Below the pieces are notes generated by a model, which ran no database searches, had not been told where the DNA came from, and saw nothing but the letters and a program-made list of their open reading frames with translations. 64,000 bases of DNA from contig NC_045707.1 in the NCBI RefSeq assembly GCF_009834535.1, forward strand, positions 11,532,001 to 11,596,000. The letters run 5' to 3'. Position numbers and translations under genes: made by a program. This stretch comes from Camelus ferus. Its lineage: Eukaryota. Numbering within the stretch: the first letter of the stretch is position 1; each line of letters starts with the position of its first letter. Shown here piece by piece: positions 26,600 to 39,499 of this stretch.

Positions 26600-26990
26600 G
26601 CTCCTAAAAGTCCGCACTTCTGCTGGTGCTGGAGATGCACATACATTTTCGCATGCAAGTGTGTCTATTTCTGGATTTTTCTATCTCCCCCCATCAGCCT
26701 GTCTGTCGCTGCGCTGACACTTCCTCTCATCATCACAGAGGACCGCGCTGTGCTTTAGTATCTGACGGGCCAGCCCTCCACCCACTGTGCCTGTATTTCA
26801 GGGTTTTCTTGACTACTTCTTTTCCTTACTAAACTTTGTAAGCAGCTTGCCTACCTCTAGAAACAAAAACAGACAGAATTTTATGGAAACTGAAGGAAAA
26901 ATTGCATTATATGTAATTGAGATTTTTCTATCCTAAAATATTGTATCTTTCCTATTTTTCAAGTTTACATTTGCGGGATTGTCTCACACC
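26600..26990 (-). mobile_element. Antisense L1 ORF2 fragment
   Basis: gcaagtgtgtctatttctggattttctatc...cagggttttcttgactacttctttt...aattttatggaaactgaagg. Confidence 0.5.
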
Positions 26991-27186
26991 ATCCTTCATT
27001 TAAAAAGAGCAGGTTAAATTAATTGCTTTAGCCCCACCTGCCGTGAGTGGCCACCGGGTAACAGGAGGACCAGAGGGCGTGGGCTCAGGCGGGCGCGTCC
27101 CGCTCTTGTCAGAGCAGGGCTGCAGAGCCCTCGCGGGGGCCCCTTCGACTCTCCAGTCGGCCACCCCCCAGCTGGTCCACAACGGG

Positions 27187-27260
27187 TGACTACCTTAACT
27201 TCTCTAGTGCCTCAGACCCTCATCTGCAGACGGGAATTAAGACCTCCTCACTCGATGCTC
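27187..27260 (+). mobile_element. MIR SINE core fragment
   Basis: gtgactaccttaacttctctagtgcctcagaccctcatctgcagacggg resembles the MIR core (ctctgtgcctcagtttcctcatctgtaaaatggg). Confidence 0.55.
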
Positions 27261-27779
27261 AGTTTCTTCCTACTGAGCCGTTAGTAGCATCTAATCCGTC
27301 CCCTCGTCTTTGTTGCGTTCACATCCCCGTCCTCAGCCTTTTCAAGTCGTGTTTTCGAAGTCGATGCTCTTTGGGAAGCGCGGTGCAGAGTCCGGTGTTC
27401 CCTCCCTTCCCAGCACAGGGTGCACCCTACCTCCCCACTGCGAGTTAAAAGTAATAGACCGAATGTCATGTTGGAATTTGAGGTTCTATTATTTTAGCCT
27501 TGTTTCTGAAGGAGGAAGTACGTGCATTTACGTAATTGGATTCTTATCTGAAGGAAACGGAACTCGCTAAAACTTCTGAGGTTTACTTGCCGTTAATAAA
27601 CACTTTCCTTTCTGCAGCATTTCAGGTAATGGCTTCACCTAAACTACGGCCAAGAAAGGTACTTCAGCGCGCCCTCCCCAGCCGCTTCCCGTGCGTTCCG
27701 GGGCAGTGTTCTGCGCAGTTAGGAAAGGGGTGAGGCCCAGCCCCAGACCTGTTTAGAACGTCATTAAACTGCGTTCATT

Positions 27780-28022
27780 AACTATAACGTAATGGAAACC
27801 CTGTCATGTTTTCACTCAGCAGATACTTACCCAGAGTCAGCTTTGATGGTGTGAAGAAATGCAGCTGGTTTCCGCGTGTTAACCTTGCATCCTGCTACCT
27901 TGCCGAACTCTTTTAACAGCTCTGGTCGTTTCGTGGGACCCCTTTCATTTCTCTCTCTTGCTTGATTGCCGTGGCTAGACTTCCAAGACTATGTTGAATG
28001 GAAGTGGTGAGAGTGGGCTTCC
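27780..28022 (-). mobile_element. Antisense L1 ORF2 fragment (L1MA/MB-like)
   Basis: tgtgaagaaatgcagctgg...ttgcatcctgctaccttgccgaactc...cttgcttgattgccgtggctagacttccaagactatgttgaatggaagtggtgagagtgggc. Confidence 0.8.
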
Positions 28023-30796
28023 TAAAGAAAACAGGTAAATAAACAAATTAAATGCCACATCTTCAAAACAAAAAAGGGCCCGCTTTGCACGCACTCGCTG
28101 GCTGCGTGGCGGGAGTAGGGAGCAGCCACAGGCGGCGTGTGAGGCACGGGCCGGCTTCTAGGCGCTTGCGTCCCGGCGGTGGGGGGGACCAGTCTCACGA
28201 CCACGTGGCCAGGTCGCTCGCCCATCTCCATGGTTATTTCCTATCGTTCATCTGTCACGTGCTGTCTGCCTGGCATTTGGGCCTGGGCCTGGCCTTCAAG
28301 ACCAGCCCATGGGTGGGACAGTCAATTCCCTGCTCAGCGTTAACAGCAAGCCCACAGGCACGAAAGGATAAAGTCCTGCTGAGGGTTTGGTGGGACAAGG
28401 ACGGGGAAGTTCCAAGGGAAGAACGTGTGGAGGAGAGGTCGTGCCGCGTGGAGGACAGACGTCAGCCCTGGCCAAGGTGCTGACACTCACAGGGGCCGGA
28501 GGGAGCCCGCCAGGTGAGCACCCTGAAAGGAGGGGGGGGGCCCTGACCCAGGCTGGGTCTGGGAGCAGTGCGAGAAAGCCACATCCTACAGCAGCTCAGC
28601 GCACGCGCCCTGCCTCAGCGCTCAGACCAGTGGGGCCCTGTCCCGTCCAGCCCGGGGGTGCTGCTGGTTCTTCCTGCTCCCCGTCACCTCCTCACCCACG
28701 GACGTGCACCGAAGCAGACCACGTCCCAGCCCGCCCGTCTCTGGGGGAGGTGCCGAGAGGACCAGGACTCCAGTCCCGCGTGGGGTCGCTCTCAGACGGG
28801 CAGGGCCGCGCCATCAGTGTCCAGGCCGCTGACGCCCGGCAGAGGCGCGTGGGTGGGACACGTGGCAGACAGGACCTCAGTCACCCCCGTCAGCCCTCCG
28901 GCCTCCGCTGTCTGGCAGGACTCCCGGCCCAGGCCGACCCCCAGCAGCTCTGCACGGAAGCTCTTTGCACCGTCGTGTAAATATTCGTGTGTTGCACAAG
29001 CAGACACCGCAGGTGTCATGCATGCCTTTCGATAGGGACGCTTCACCCGAGTACCCCCGAATCGCTGCCAGAGGCACCCAGGCTGCGCCTTAGCAGCCAA
29101 GCGTGGACACAGCCATGGGCGGCGCCCGTGTTCTGCTCTCCGATGCGAGGCAGGGTAGGGTGTGGGGGCCCCGGGGGCGCTGCCGTCCAGAGCCCAGGGT
29201 GGGCTTCCAGCTCCTGCCCCTTCCCTGGGCGTTGCCAGACCACAGCCCCGGTGTCCTAGCCCTGGAGACGGCCAAGGCAGCCCTGGGGCCATGCTGAGTA
29301 CTTGAATATCCGACAAAGGACAGCGCAGGGCCTGCGTCCGCGGTCCTGGAAGGCGGCAGCGCCTGCTGTCTCTGTGGAAAGTTGTCCGATCGACCAGGCT
29401 TGGCCCAGTTCGGCACCATCAGGGAAGCCTGAGGCTTCAAATTCAAGAAGGCTGTGAGGTGCGTGTGCACATGTGTGCACACAAGTGACACGTGTGTTGG
29501 TGGCAGCACGTGTGTGATGGACGAGGATGCTCAGGGATTTGAGAACGGTCTCCCCCACCTCGGAGCGATCACGTTCTGCCGGCCAGGCGGGCTGTGCGTC
29601 TGACACGGCTCTTAGCAGCCACTTTCCCTGTTGGCAAAGCTCAGAAATGTCACGTCCTCTGTCAGAAAATGACAATCCGGCTGGAAGGAACACTGTGGCC
29701 GGTGGAACACCCTGGGGAGGGCGGTGACCTGCCGCGTCCCTCATGGGCACCGTGGACTCTGAAACTTGCTGGGAAAAAACGGGAAGAAATGAGGACCTCT
29801 CTCCTCGCCCCAGCGTGTCCCAGAGCCATGGGCGCCAGAACAGGTCTGCTCCCAGAAGGACCAGACCCCGGGGCGCAGGGCGGGGGGCAGATGTTGCCCC
29901 AGGGGAGCAATTCCAGCAAAGCAGGCAGCGGTTTCCACGTGAAGCCCAGTGCCTGCGTGTGTGTGTGCGTGCGTGTGAGGGGCTGCGGGGAGGGAGGGAC
30001 GGAGGCCGGCTGCATTTGCCTTTTATCTCTAACAGGCTCAGATCTGGGCGTGTGAATCTGGCGCCGACTGGCCCGCTGGGTCTGAAGTTCGCACTGGCAG
30101 GTGGGGCCCCCCACGCCCCCTGTGCTGCCTGAGACGGGCCTGGCCTCGCCCCCACGTGCGTCGTGGTGCAGGTGTGCCCACGGGTCCCTGCGCCCCAGAC
30201 CTGGGCAGAGGACACAGCTGGCCTCACTGGACGCCTGGACCCTCATGGGCCTTTCCTGGGAAGATGGGGGTGGCTCTTGGTGCCACCAGTGACAAGTCTG
30301 GGTAGGAACCAAAGGCGGGCCCAGCAGAGCGTGGCCTCCTGACGGCCGGCTGGCCTCTGCGGAGCGAGGGAACCGCGCTCTGTAAAGCCGGCCGCTGGTC
30401 TGGTCTTCTCTCTGGGACTCCGGGTCCCCGGTCTCGGGCTGCGGGACGGGGTCTTCGGCTCACCCTGGAGGGACCTCATGGGTGGGTGTCAGCCCTGCGG
30501 GGGATGAGCCAGGCGGGTGGGCGTCCAGGAGCTCAGGTGCCTCCAATCTAGAAACTTCTCTGAGGTCGTGGTTCCCGCTGGTGGGTTCATAGAGGGAGGA
30601 GAGGTGAGGCCACTCAGGCTGCAGCCAGAGCCGTGTCTCCCTTCAGCTCCAGCAGGGGACCGGGGACCAGGGAAGCGAGGCAGGGACCAGGATGACAGCG
30701 TGAGGCCCCCCCACCATCGGATAGGCCAGCCCCGTGGGGGTGGGATGCGCCTGGCCGAGGAGGTGGGCTAGCCCGGCAGGAGTCTGGGTTAGGCTC

Positions 30797-31213
30797 TGGG
30801 TACCAGTTTCCTGAAGCTGCTGGAACGAAGCACCGCGAACTGGGGGCCTTAAAGGAACAGAAGTTCATTCTCCCACAGTCAGGAAGCCAGAGTGCCAGGC
30901 CAAAGTGTGGGCAGGGCCGTGCTCTCTCTGATCCCCCGGAGGAGGGTCCTGCCCATCTCTTCCAGCCTCTCACATCCTCAGGTGCTCCTGGACCGTGGCC
31001 GCACCACTCCAGACTCCCGGGGGCCCCTCCCTCTCCCCAGGGCCCCTCCCTCTCCTGCCCCTGATAACGACACTGGTCGTGGGATTTAGGGCTCAGCCTG
31101 ACCCAGGATAACCACATCTTGAGGTTACATCTGCAAGAACCCCTTTCCCAAACAAAGCCACCTTCACAGTTTCGGGGGGGCTGTATCTTCAGGGCCCCCA
31201 CTCAGCCCCCACG
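30797..31213 (-). mobile_element. MLT1-type MaLR solo LTR
   Basis: ccagtttcctgaagctgc...cttaaaggaacagaagttcattctcccacag...cagggccgtgctctctctga...gggatttagggctcagcctgacccaggataaccacatcttgaggttacatctgcaagaacccctttcccaaacaaagccaccttcacag. Confidence 0.8.
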
Positions 31214-33177
31214 TGGCACATGAGCTATGCACCTTGAGAGAGCCAGTGCTGCATCCTCTCTGCTTCCTGCTCTGGAAACGGCCACAAATAGCGTCCCAGG
31301 CCGGCTTGCAGGGAGGACGGCCCCCAGCAAGTGGCTGCTGGGTTTCCGTGACCGTGGATGTTCCCAGAGGGTTCTGGATGTGCTTGGGATTTCCTCTGCC
31401 AGAAACAAGAGTCCAGGGGGTGCTGGGAGCTACGCCGTCTCCATTCTGTCTGTGGGAAGGCTGCCTCACTGCCCTGCTGCGGAGGGACAAGGGGCGAGCG
31501 GGGCTGGGGGCTGGGGGAGGGGCTTTTGACAAACCTGTGTGTCCCGAGATGGCATCTGTCTCCGTCCAGACATGCCCACTGCTGGAGAGACGTCCATTCA
31601 GAACGTCCTGCAGGGACAGTCATCCTGACTGGGTGCCGCCTGCCTGTCCCCCCTGTAGGTCAGATTGGAAAGGAACGAGAAAAACATTAAATACCCAAAC
31701 TTAGCATCCGCCGTGAGCATTAGATGCTTTGGATATTGTACAACCTTGTTTTGCAAGTGATGCCAGGAGGGTCCGTGACCGACGGTCTGGGAGCTTCCCG
31801 CGCGCCTGCCCCTGGGCTCCAGCTGCAGAACGTTTCTATTGCTTCTCCTCCTCCCGCTGCCCTGGGAGTCCTCCGACTGCACTACACACCCAGGATGTCA
31901 TTTCTGCACCGCGGTCTTACTGTTCTTTCCTGAGCAGCGCGTTCTGTTCTGCAGGTTTGCGAGCTCCCAGCCGAGCCTGGGGAGGGGCCGCAGCTCACGG
32001 GGGCTCGGGACACTCCTAGGAAACCTGCGTAGATTTGGGGGAGCGTAGATTTGGAAGACCCCCCCCCAACCTGAGCACAGAGACCAGCCCATCCTAGCCA
32101 GCCCTCAGAGGAGGGCACCGGGAGCACTTCTGCCTGCCCTTAGACGCCGAGGGGCGGGCGCTCCCTGGGGCCTCCCTGGGGCGGGGCCTCACCGCTGCCC
32201 ACAGGGCGCTGCTGGTTGGGGGCTGTCCTCCGGCTGACGTGGCTGGGGTAACCTGCAGACCGCAAGCCTGGGGCCCTGAGGCCGGGCAGCCCCTCCTCGA
32301 CTTGGCGGTCAGCCTTGTCGGGGTTTCCTGACAGCAGGTGCTTAGCTGGAGACCTTCTCTGTTACATTAGGAACCCTTCTTAGGATCTTTCTGTGAAGAC
32401 GGTGCAGGCCCCCAAAAGCAGGCGACCGGGAAAGGGCCTCTCCTGAGGGCTGCGGGCCGGGCGGGGGCCTGAGCCTGTCAGTCTGGAGGGGCCTGGGGCA
32501 CAGGGCTGGCCTGCTGCTGCAGTTTGTCACTGCTGTCACCACGTGGACAGGGGGTTCTCTGTGAGATGAAGACCCTCCCCAGGGCTGGTCACACCAGCCC
32601 TGCTGGGTCCCGGTGTGGGTCCCAGCCCCTGAAGCCCCACACAGTGCTCCCGGCTCCCTGTGGATGGCTGTCCTCTGCCCCAGATGGAGACCTGGGCTGG
32701 GGTCCCTAGGTGGGTGGCCGCTGCATCCTACCTTGAGCCCAGAGGAGGCCGGTCTGGTCCTCCCCTGCACCTCCCGCTGGTGCTCCCTCTTCCCTCGGAG
32801 CTATGTCCCGGAGCCTCCAGGCCTGGATGTGCCTCAGGGCCTTTGCACCGCTGTGCTCCCCCAGAGGCGTCTTTTCCTCCTGTTGTTTGCGTGTCCACTC
32901 CAGCCTTCATCCTGCACAATTTACCCTCTGGGAAGCCCCTCGCTTACCCATCCATGTCCAGAATCCAACCACAGGCCTTCTCTCCCTTCCCTCCTGCTTT
33001 GTTCCCTCCCAGCTGCCATCTAAAGAGCTGCCTCCTCCACGGTTTACTTCGTCCAGGCTCTGCCCCTCCTCTTGAAGGAAACCCTCCTGGGGTGGGGTTC
33101 TGCTCCTTTTTGCTCACGACTGGGTCCCCTGCCTCAGAACAGGGCTGGTGCACAGTAAGAACCCTAGGATGTGGTGG

Positions 33178-33281
33178 AGGATGGAGCGGGAGGGAGCAGG
33201 GAGGGAGGAGGAGGGGGGGAGGACGGAGTGGGAGGGAGTAGGGAGTGAGGGGGGAGGGGGAGGGACAAGGAGGGGGGAGGG
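33178..33281 (+). repeat. G/A-rich polypurine tract
   Basis: ggagggagcaggagggaggaggagggggga... read directly. Confidence 0.8.
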
Positions 33282-33504
33282 CACGTGGGGATTGGGACGC
33301 CCCACTCAGACCCCAGGACCCCGGCACCGCTGTTGACCTGGAGCCAACACGCTTCAGGCTTCAGTGCCGAGTGTGAGCCGGCCTCTGCCCACCCGACAGA
33401 GAGCCCAGGACGCAGATCCCAGCCCAGGACCCAGCGCCCCGGCGTGCCCGCTGCCTCTGCCAGCCTGCCGTCTGGGAAGGGAGGGGCGGGAAGGCTCCCC
33501 GGGG

Positions 33505-33835
33505 CACAAGGGATAACTTTGTTAAGCCGAATCTAATTAAAGTGCAGACAACATTTAAAACCAATTTGAAGTCAATGAATGCCCCCCGCCCCCCCCCATG
33601 CATTTATCAACCACGACACTGTACCTTCCAAATCCATTTCATCCTGGTTACAACAGCTCCGCTCCGCGGAAATGGCTTAATCGGCTTCACGGCTCCTCGC
33701 AGGCAGGCGGCCTGGGGCGGGTGCGTATTCTCCAGACTCGCTAGACTGTATGAAAACAGACAGCTGTACCTGAGCCAATGGGCGTCTGTATTTGGGGCCA
33801 GAATCGAACATAAATATCCTATTTAGGGTGCCTGG
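33505..33835. promoter_or_regulatory. Candidate conserved non-coding enhancer (homeodomain-motif AT-rich island)
   Basis: AT-rich island in GC-rich flanks with CTAATTAA, CATTTATCAA and CTTAATCG; no TE similarity recognised. Conservation not tested. Confidence 0.35.
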
Positions 33836-35629
33836 CCAGACTTCTCGCTTCTCCCCAAATCCCAAGTGCCAAGTCTCTCTGCACACACTGATTCCGTAGT
33901 TAGCGCTCGCCTCGCTCCTCTCCTGCTGCGACTTACAGCGGGATTTCTCTGCAGAGGACGGCGCCTGAAGGCGGGAGGCCGCCGCCTGGGCTGCGGAACC
34001 GCCCGTACATCTCGCTGCACTCTGCTTCTTCCCAGGCGGGTGGGCCGCCAGGAATCGCGACCCCACAAAGAAGACCCCTCTCACTTTGGGGGACCCAGAA
34101 GGAGCATGGCCCACTCACTAGGTCATCGAACGCCGGCGAGAGGAGCAACTTTCTAAAAACAGATGTGAAAACTGAGATGTCAGAGAAGTTAGGTAAGTGG
34201 CTTAGTGCAAACCATGGTTCCGTGGGATTCAAATCCTACTGGCCTTACCCACCCTGCTGCCTGCCTCCCGGGAGGGACTCCAGCTCTGAACCCGCTGCTT
34301 TGAAATTGCCTGTTTCCTTACTTCCGAACAGGATGAAGCACCAGCTGATGCTGGGCACACGATATGGCATCGGATGGTGTCCACGTTCTGGGGACAGGTC
34401 CCTGTGCCGTCACTGCTGTGAAGGCCAAGCCTGGCTCGCGGGGCAGCGGGTCCGTGTGCAGGTGACAGCTGTCGGCTCCCGCCCGGGGAAAACACTCACG
34501 GCCAAACGGTCTGCTGCCGACTGGAGCAGACGACACCCACGGCTGTGACACCCGCCTGCCCGCAGAGGAGGGTGGACTGGAACAGCTGGCCCTGGCTGGT
34601 TACCATCTCCATCCGGAGGACACAAGGGTGGTCCGAGGGCCCGGTCTGGCCCTCTGCCTGTTGCTGCGGATGCAGTTTGATCGGGAAACAGCCGCGTCCG
34701 TTGCCTTCTTCACTGTCTGTGTCTTCTCGTTCACTGAGTCGGGACAGTCGGGTACGTGTCGCAGAGGCACGTGGCCCACAAAGCCTAAAATATTCACGTT
34801 CCGCCTCTTTAGAGAGCCGTCCGGCCTTTGGGGAACCAGGCCCTGCGACCCTTCACACACTCTTTCATAAGGCTGTCTGACAGCCTCCACTGGGTGCTTG
34901 TATCCTGTAGAGAAAACGCCACACGTGTCGGCCTTGGGTCCCCAGAACCATCCCCGGTGAATGGCTATGGAGTGGAAGTTAAGCTGGGAGCCTGCGTTAG
35001 GAAACCAAGGAGCAGGGTGAATTCCCGGGGGAGAATGGCCCTGTTCTCCTGCGTCAGAAGCCAGACGGCAGCATCCAGAAGGCTGGGCCAGGCCCCAGCG
35101 ATGCCCCTCATCTGGGCAGGCGGGGAGAGGCGCCCCCCTCGGCCTGGGAGCCGGTCTGTGGACCACAGAACCCGGTTCCCGAGCTGCTCCGCAGGGCGCA
35201 TGCCTCCCGCACTGCCCGACGCCGCCCAGTCCTTCCGGGCTCCCAGCACAGCGAGGGGCAGAGCCGGCCCAGGGGTTGTGGACGGGAAGCCATCGAGACA
35301 GAGAGGAGGTAGCTGCCCACCTGACTCACACGTCCCTGACCAGAGCCGTCAGGACAGGAGTCGTGCCGGGGACGTCATGTGGCGTGTGAAGCTGTGAGCC
35401 CTGCCCTGTCCGTCGGGCTCAGGCTGGTGGAGAAAATGACTGTTACTCCCGGGACCTGTGTTACCTGACGTGCACCCAGCACGTCTCAGGACCCCGGGGT
35501 GTCTGACCTTGCTCTTCGAGAACCACCTCAGTTCCAAGCCAGGGGACAGTGACGGAGACCCCCTCTTTCATCATAAAACGCCCTGTGGAGACGGACATCC
35601 GCCAACGTTCAGGATAGGACTTTAGACAT

Positions 35630-36150
35630 TCTCTGCCTGTTGTGTAATTGCTTGATTTTGTTTGATTTTATTCACAAAATAATTAGCCTACTAAGCATCT
35701 AATTATTGCTGAGGCGTGCCTTCCCCACATCAGCAGGCGCACCTCGGTGAGACGAGCAAACATCGCTGCCTCCATCTCCGGACGCAGTAACGTTGTGGAA
35801 TGAGTTATTTTCTTTTAATAAAGCGGCTCCGGATTCATCCTGCCCTGGGTGTCGACCACGCATTGTTTGTGCCTCGTTAGGGTTTCAGTTGCCAGTTTCC
35901 TTTGAAAGACAACAACGTTTCCAATTGAAAGTGACTGAGGAAACAGTAACTCCAGCTCAAGGTCAAAGCTCCCCTCTAAGCCGGAGTAAACAGGGTGAAT
36001 CATTCATCTCCGGTTTCTCGGAGATTAGGGCAGCCGCGTTCTCTCCCGTTCATTAAAGGTGCGGATCCGAGTGTCTGCGGCAGATACCGGTCGGCAAGGC
36101 TAATTAGAGAGATGGGCAGATAAATTGGATGGTTTATAATTTATCTAATC
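35630..36150. promoter_or_regulatory. Candidate conserved non-coding enhancer (TAAT-rich)
   Basis: TAATTG, several TAATTA, CATTAA and TTTATAATTTATCTAATCG; no TE similarity recognised. Confidence 0.35.
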
Positions 36151-36294
36151 GTGAAGTCAACTCCGCCCGGGGCCTGCTGTGTGCACCAGGAGTGGTTTCT
36201 GTCTGCGGTGTGCTCTGATGATCCGGGAAGGGAAGCCTCTGTGGGACTGGTTGCTTCAGAAAGTTTCTGTCTGTGGCCCCAATGACCCGGCTTT

Positions 36295-36420
36295 TGCACC
36301 AGGCCGACCTCAGAGAGGGCCGTTCCTGCTCCTGGTCCAGCCACATCCTGGGGTGTGACCTGGGGCAGATGACCTGTCCACGCGGAGCCTCGCTTCTTGG
36401 GAAAATGCATCTAACGTGTT
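36295..36420 (+). mobile_element. Degenerate MIR fragment
   Basis: ccagccacatcctggggtgtgacctggggcagatgacctgtccacgcggagcctcgcttc follows MIR order (tgtgaccttgggcaag...gcctcagtttc). Confidence 0.45.
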
Positions 36421-36769
36421 TTGCCTGCTGCCTGACACCGTCCCACCTGCCAGGAGGGAGTGGGCTTGGCCTGGGGCCCGGGAAACGCCCCGCCCGCCCG
36501 CAGCTCATCAGGACAGGGCCCCCTCCCCACTGAGCAGGTGCTGTCCCCAGGGCCTGCAGGAGGTCTGTTGGTCCTGGGGGTGCCCAGCAGGCTGGAGCCG
36601 CCCCCCAGGCACCCTGCAAGGAGTGACGACCGTTTGAGTCCCTGGATTTGGAGACGCTGGTGTTTCTCTCCCTCCTGCAGGAGAAGTAACACTCCCACCC
36701 CCGCTGCCCAGCCCCCCTGCAGGGTGAGCACAGGGGCTGCCTGCACGCTGGGGTGAGGGCCCTTCCTTA

Positions 36770-36880
36770 GAAAAGATAAATCACTTTGATAGACCAATTT
36801 TTATAATCTGTCAATTGTGTAAAACCCTTTTCAATTTGGGGGGAAGAAGGCAGAGCGGCTGAAAAATCAATCAGGAGATG
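36770..36880. promoter_or_regulatory. Candidate PBX/HOX/MEIS enhancer module
   Basis: ATAAATCA 36776-36783 (rc TGATTTAT), CTGTCAAT 36808-36815 and ATCAATCA 36866-36873 (rc TGATTGAT). Confidence 0.4.
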
Positions 36881-37891
36881 AGGTCTCTCTGGAAGGAGGA
36901 ATTATCGAGGGGCCAGATGTCGGCTTTCAGAGACGCCGCAGCCTGGATGCACGGTAGGGGCCCAGCACAGGGAGGGGGACCCAAGTGTCCCCAGCGGCTG
37001 GCCGGGGAGGTGGGTAGGCTGACCAGATGGAGCCCACCCCCTCGGCCTGGATGGCTCCCACCTGAGACCCAGAAACAGCAGGCCCTCGGCCTGGGGCCCT
37101 GAGCAGGGACAGAGGTGCAGCAGAGAGTTTCATCAGGACCCGAGAAAGGCTGGTGCCTCAGCTGCCCCGGGGGACGTGCAGGGGGAGGTGGCGAACTGGC
37201 CACGGAGGGGCTCTGCGCCCCGGCCTCAGCGGGGTCTGGCCTCACCGCTGCCTCTCAGGATGGGCGGATTCGGGGTGAAGTTGTGGTGACACGGAACATG
37301 AAGGTGACAGCAGACTTGCTTCCTCCTCAGATGCCTGAGAAGGGGGGCGCCTCTCCCCTCCTGACTGAATGGAGACGCTGTGTCTGGTCTGTGACAGACA
37401 GTTCCCCGGGGGCAGGGGTGAGCTCGCGAGCTGGCTCCCTCGCCACAGGCGGTCCGGAGCAGGACTGTAGCTCAGGGCCTGTGCCAGGGTGGGGGCTGCT
37501 GTCTGCTGCTCCGGGTGCGGGCTGGGCTCTGGGCCACGGGTCAGGGCTCGGGAGAAGTCCGGGGAGGGGCCTGCTAGCACCCTTCAACCCAGAGGGAAGT
37601 CGGGTCCAACCCCAGGGTGCAAAGAAGCAGGGACCCTCCAGGCCCACCACATGGGGCACCGGGGGTGATGCTCAGCCGGGGCTTGGGGAGGAGGGGATGC
37701 TGGAGGCCAAGCAGATCTGGGGTGGGGCCAGGACCAGGACACCCCAACAGAGGTGTCCAAGCCCCCAGTGGATGAGAGGACCAAAGCTCAGGAGTGTGTG
37801 CGCAGCAGGTGCCGCCCAGGGGCCCGGGGAGCCCTGGCGTGAGGTTCGGATGCCCAGCGCTGGGCCTGGAGGGCAGGCAAGGGTCAGCCCA

Positions 37892-37986
37892 GGCACTGGT
37901 ACTGTTGCTAGGTACTAGGTATTGGGCACAGGGTACTGAGCCCTGGGTACTGGCACTGGGCTCGGGGCACCAGGTACCTGGTACAG
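37892..37986. repeat. Degenerate GGTACT/GGCACT short-period repeat
   Basis: ggcactggtactgttgctaggtactaggtattgggcacagggtactgagccctgggtactggcactggg...caggtacctggtac. Confidence 0.65.
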
Positions 37987-38394
37987 GGCAGCGACACCAA
38001 CCCTGAGCCCTAAGGTGTCCCTGCCCTCGCTGCTCTGCTGGAGGGGGGGGGGGCTGGGGCGGGGGAGGTCCAGGTGGGCTCTGCCCTTGGGGGCCCTCCT
38101 CACCAGGGGAGGCCCTGCCAGGTACCTGTGCTCAGGGCCGTGGGCCACCTTCCTTCCCCAGGAACTGAAAACAGGGGAAAACTCGCCGGAGCCGCTTGCT
38201 GGGGTGGAGAATCTCTTCCCTGGAGCCTGGAGCACGTCCCGGCCCAGACTCTGCCGTGGTGCACGGTGTCGGCTTCCCAGGCTGCCGCCTTGTCACCTGG
38301 GAGGCGGTGGAGGCGGGGGTGCAGCTGCGCCCCCCGACCTCGGCAGCTGCAGCGGGGCTGCCCTCCGCCCCTCACTCCTGTGGGACACAGAGCA

Positions 38395-38450
38395 GGATGC
38401 CTGGCCCCTCTGTGCCTCGCTTTCCCCATCTGTAAACGAGGGTGCAGCAC
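38395..38450 (+). mobile_element. MIR core fragment
   Basis: cccctctgtgcctcgctttccccatctgtaaacgaggg. Confidence 0.65.
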
Positions 38451-39499
38451 AGCTTCCCGAGCGGGGAAGATGACACAAGCACACTCATATCAGGACAGAG
38501 CGCCCGGTGCAGAAGGGCTTGCGTGGCTGTGAAACAAAGTAAAGTGAAAAACAACTCTGCAAAGTGAAAGATGAAACAGACGAACCCAAACGTGTGTCGG
38601 CTTGGACGCAGGGGCCGCCCCTCCCCTGCCGCGTGTGACAACCCACACCACTCCTGCACGGGGAGGCCTCACCACCCAGAGGTGTCAGATCCCGGCGGCA
38701 TTCATTCTGCGCAGCTCGTGTCGATCAAATGCGTGAGGAAATCCTGTCTCATGTACGCGGCGTGGAGAACGGCGCGGAGCTCACTGACCCCCTGTTCACA
38801 GGAACCGGGCTGCTGAGACTTCCAGTCAGAGGATTAAGTTACCGACGAGGCACAAACTACCGTTCCCCGTCTGCTTCAAGCAGTTCCCGGGCGAGCGGCG
38901 GCCTGGGTGTGCCGGCTGACATGCGGGCTGGCTTGCAGTCAGGTGACCGTGACTCTGCTGTGCGCCCGCCCGCTTGCTGAGCTGTGGCCGCCGCGGGGAT
39001 GTGTCTGGCTCCTCTGGAGGACCTTCACGTGGCTCTGGTGACCCTTCCCTCCCCCCTCCCCCTCTTTACTTCTCCACGAGAATACTTTTCTCACGTGGGC
39101 CTTGATCACATTTCTCACCTTGATAAAATCTCTGAGAGCTTGTCTAGAAGGTGGAGGCAGTGAGCCGCCCCGTCTGAAAGGGGGGGCTCGTCTCTCCGCA
39201 CCACTCCGGGGCCAGCGGCCCCGTGCTCGGCACTCACTCTTGGAGGCACCCCAAGCTGTCCCCGCAGCTCCGAGCTGGGGGTCCCCACGGAGCTGCACAG
39301 CCCCTCAGGCCTCCGTGTGTCGTCCGTACACCAGAGCTCTGTGGGACCTCTGAAGGTGCGGGTGAGGAAGGCCTGGGAGGCTCCGGGGAGGGGCCGCTGT
39401 CGGCACCCCCCCCCCCAGGGCTCGGGCTTCTCCCCCACCAGTGCCCGGGTCCCCACGAGACCAGATGCTCCCCGCCCGTGCACGCCCGTGGAGGCTGGG

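Noticed and set aside
29256-30227. Longest ORFs (323 aa here; 317 aa at 41880-42833)
   Set aside because: Low-complexity composition expected from stop-codon scarcity at high GC; the second runs through an MLT1 LTR; no recognisable domain.
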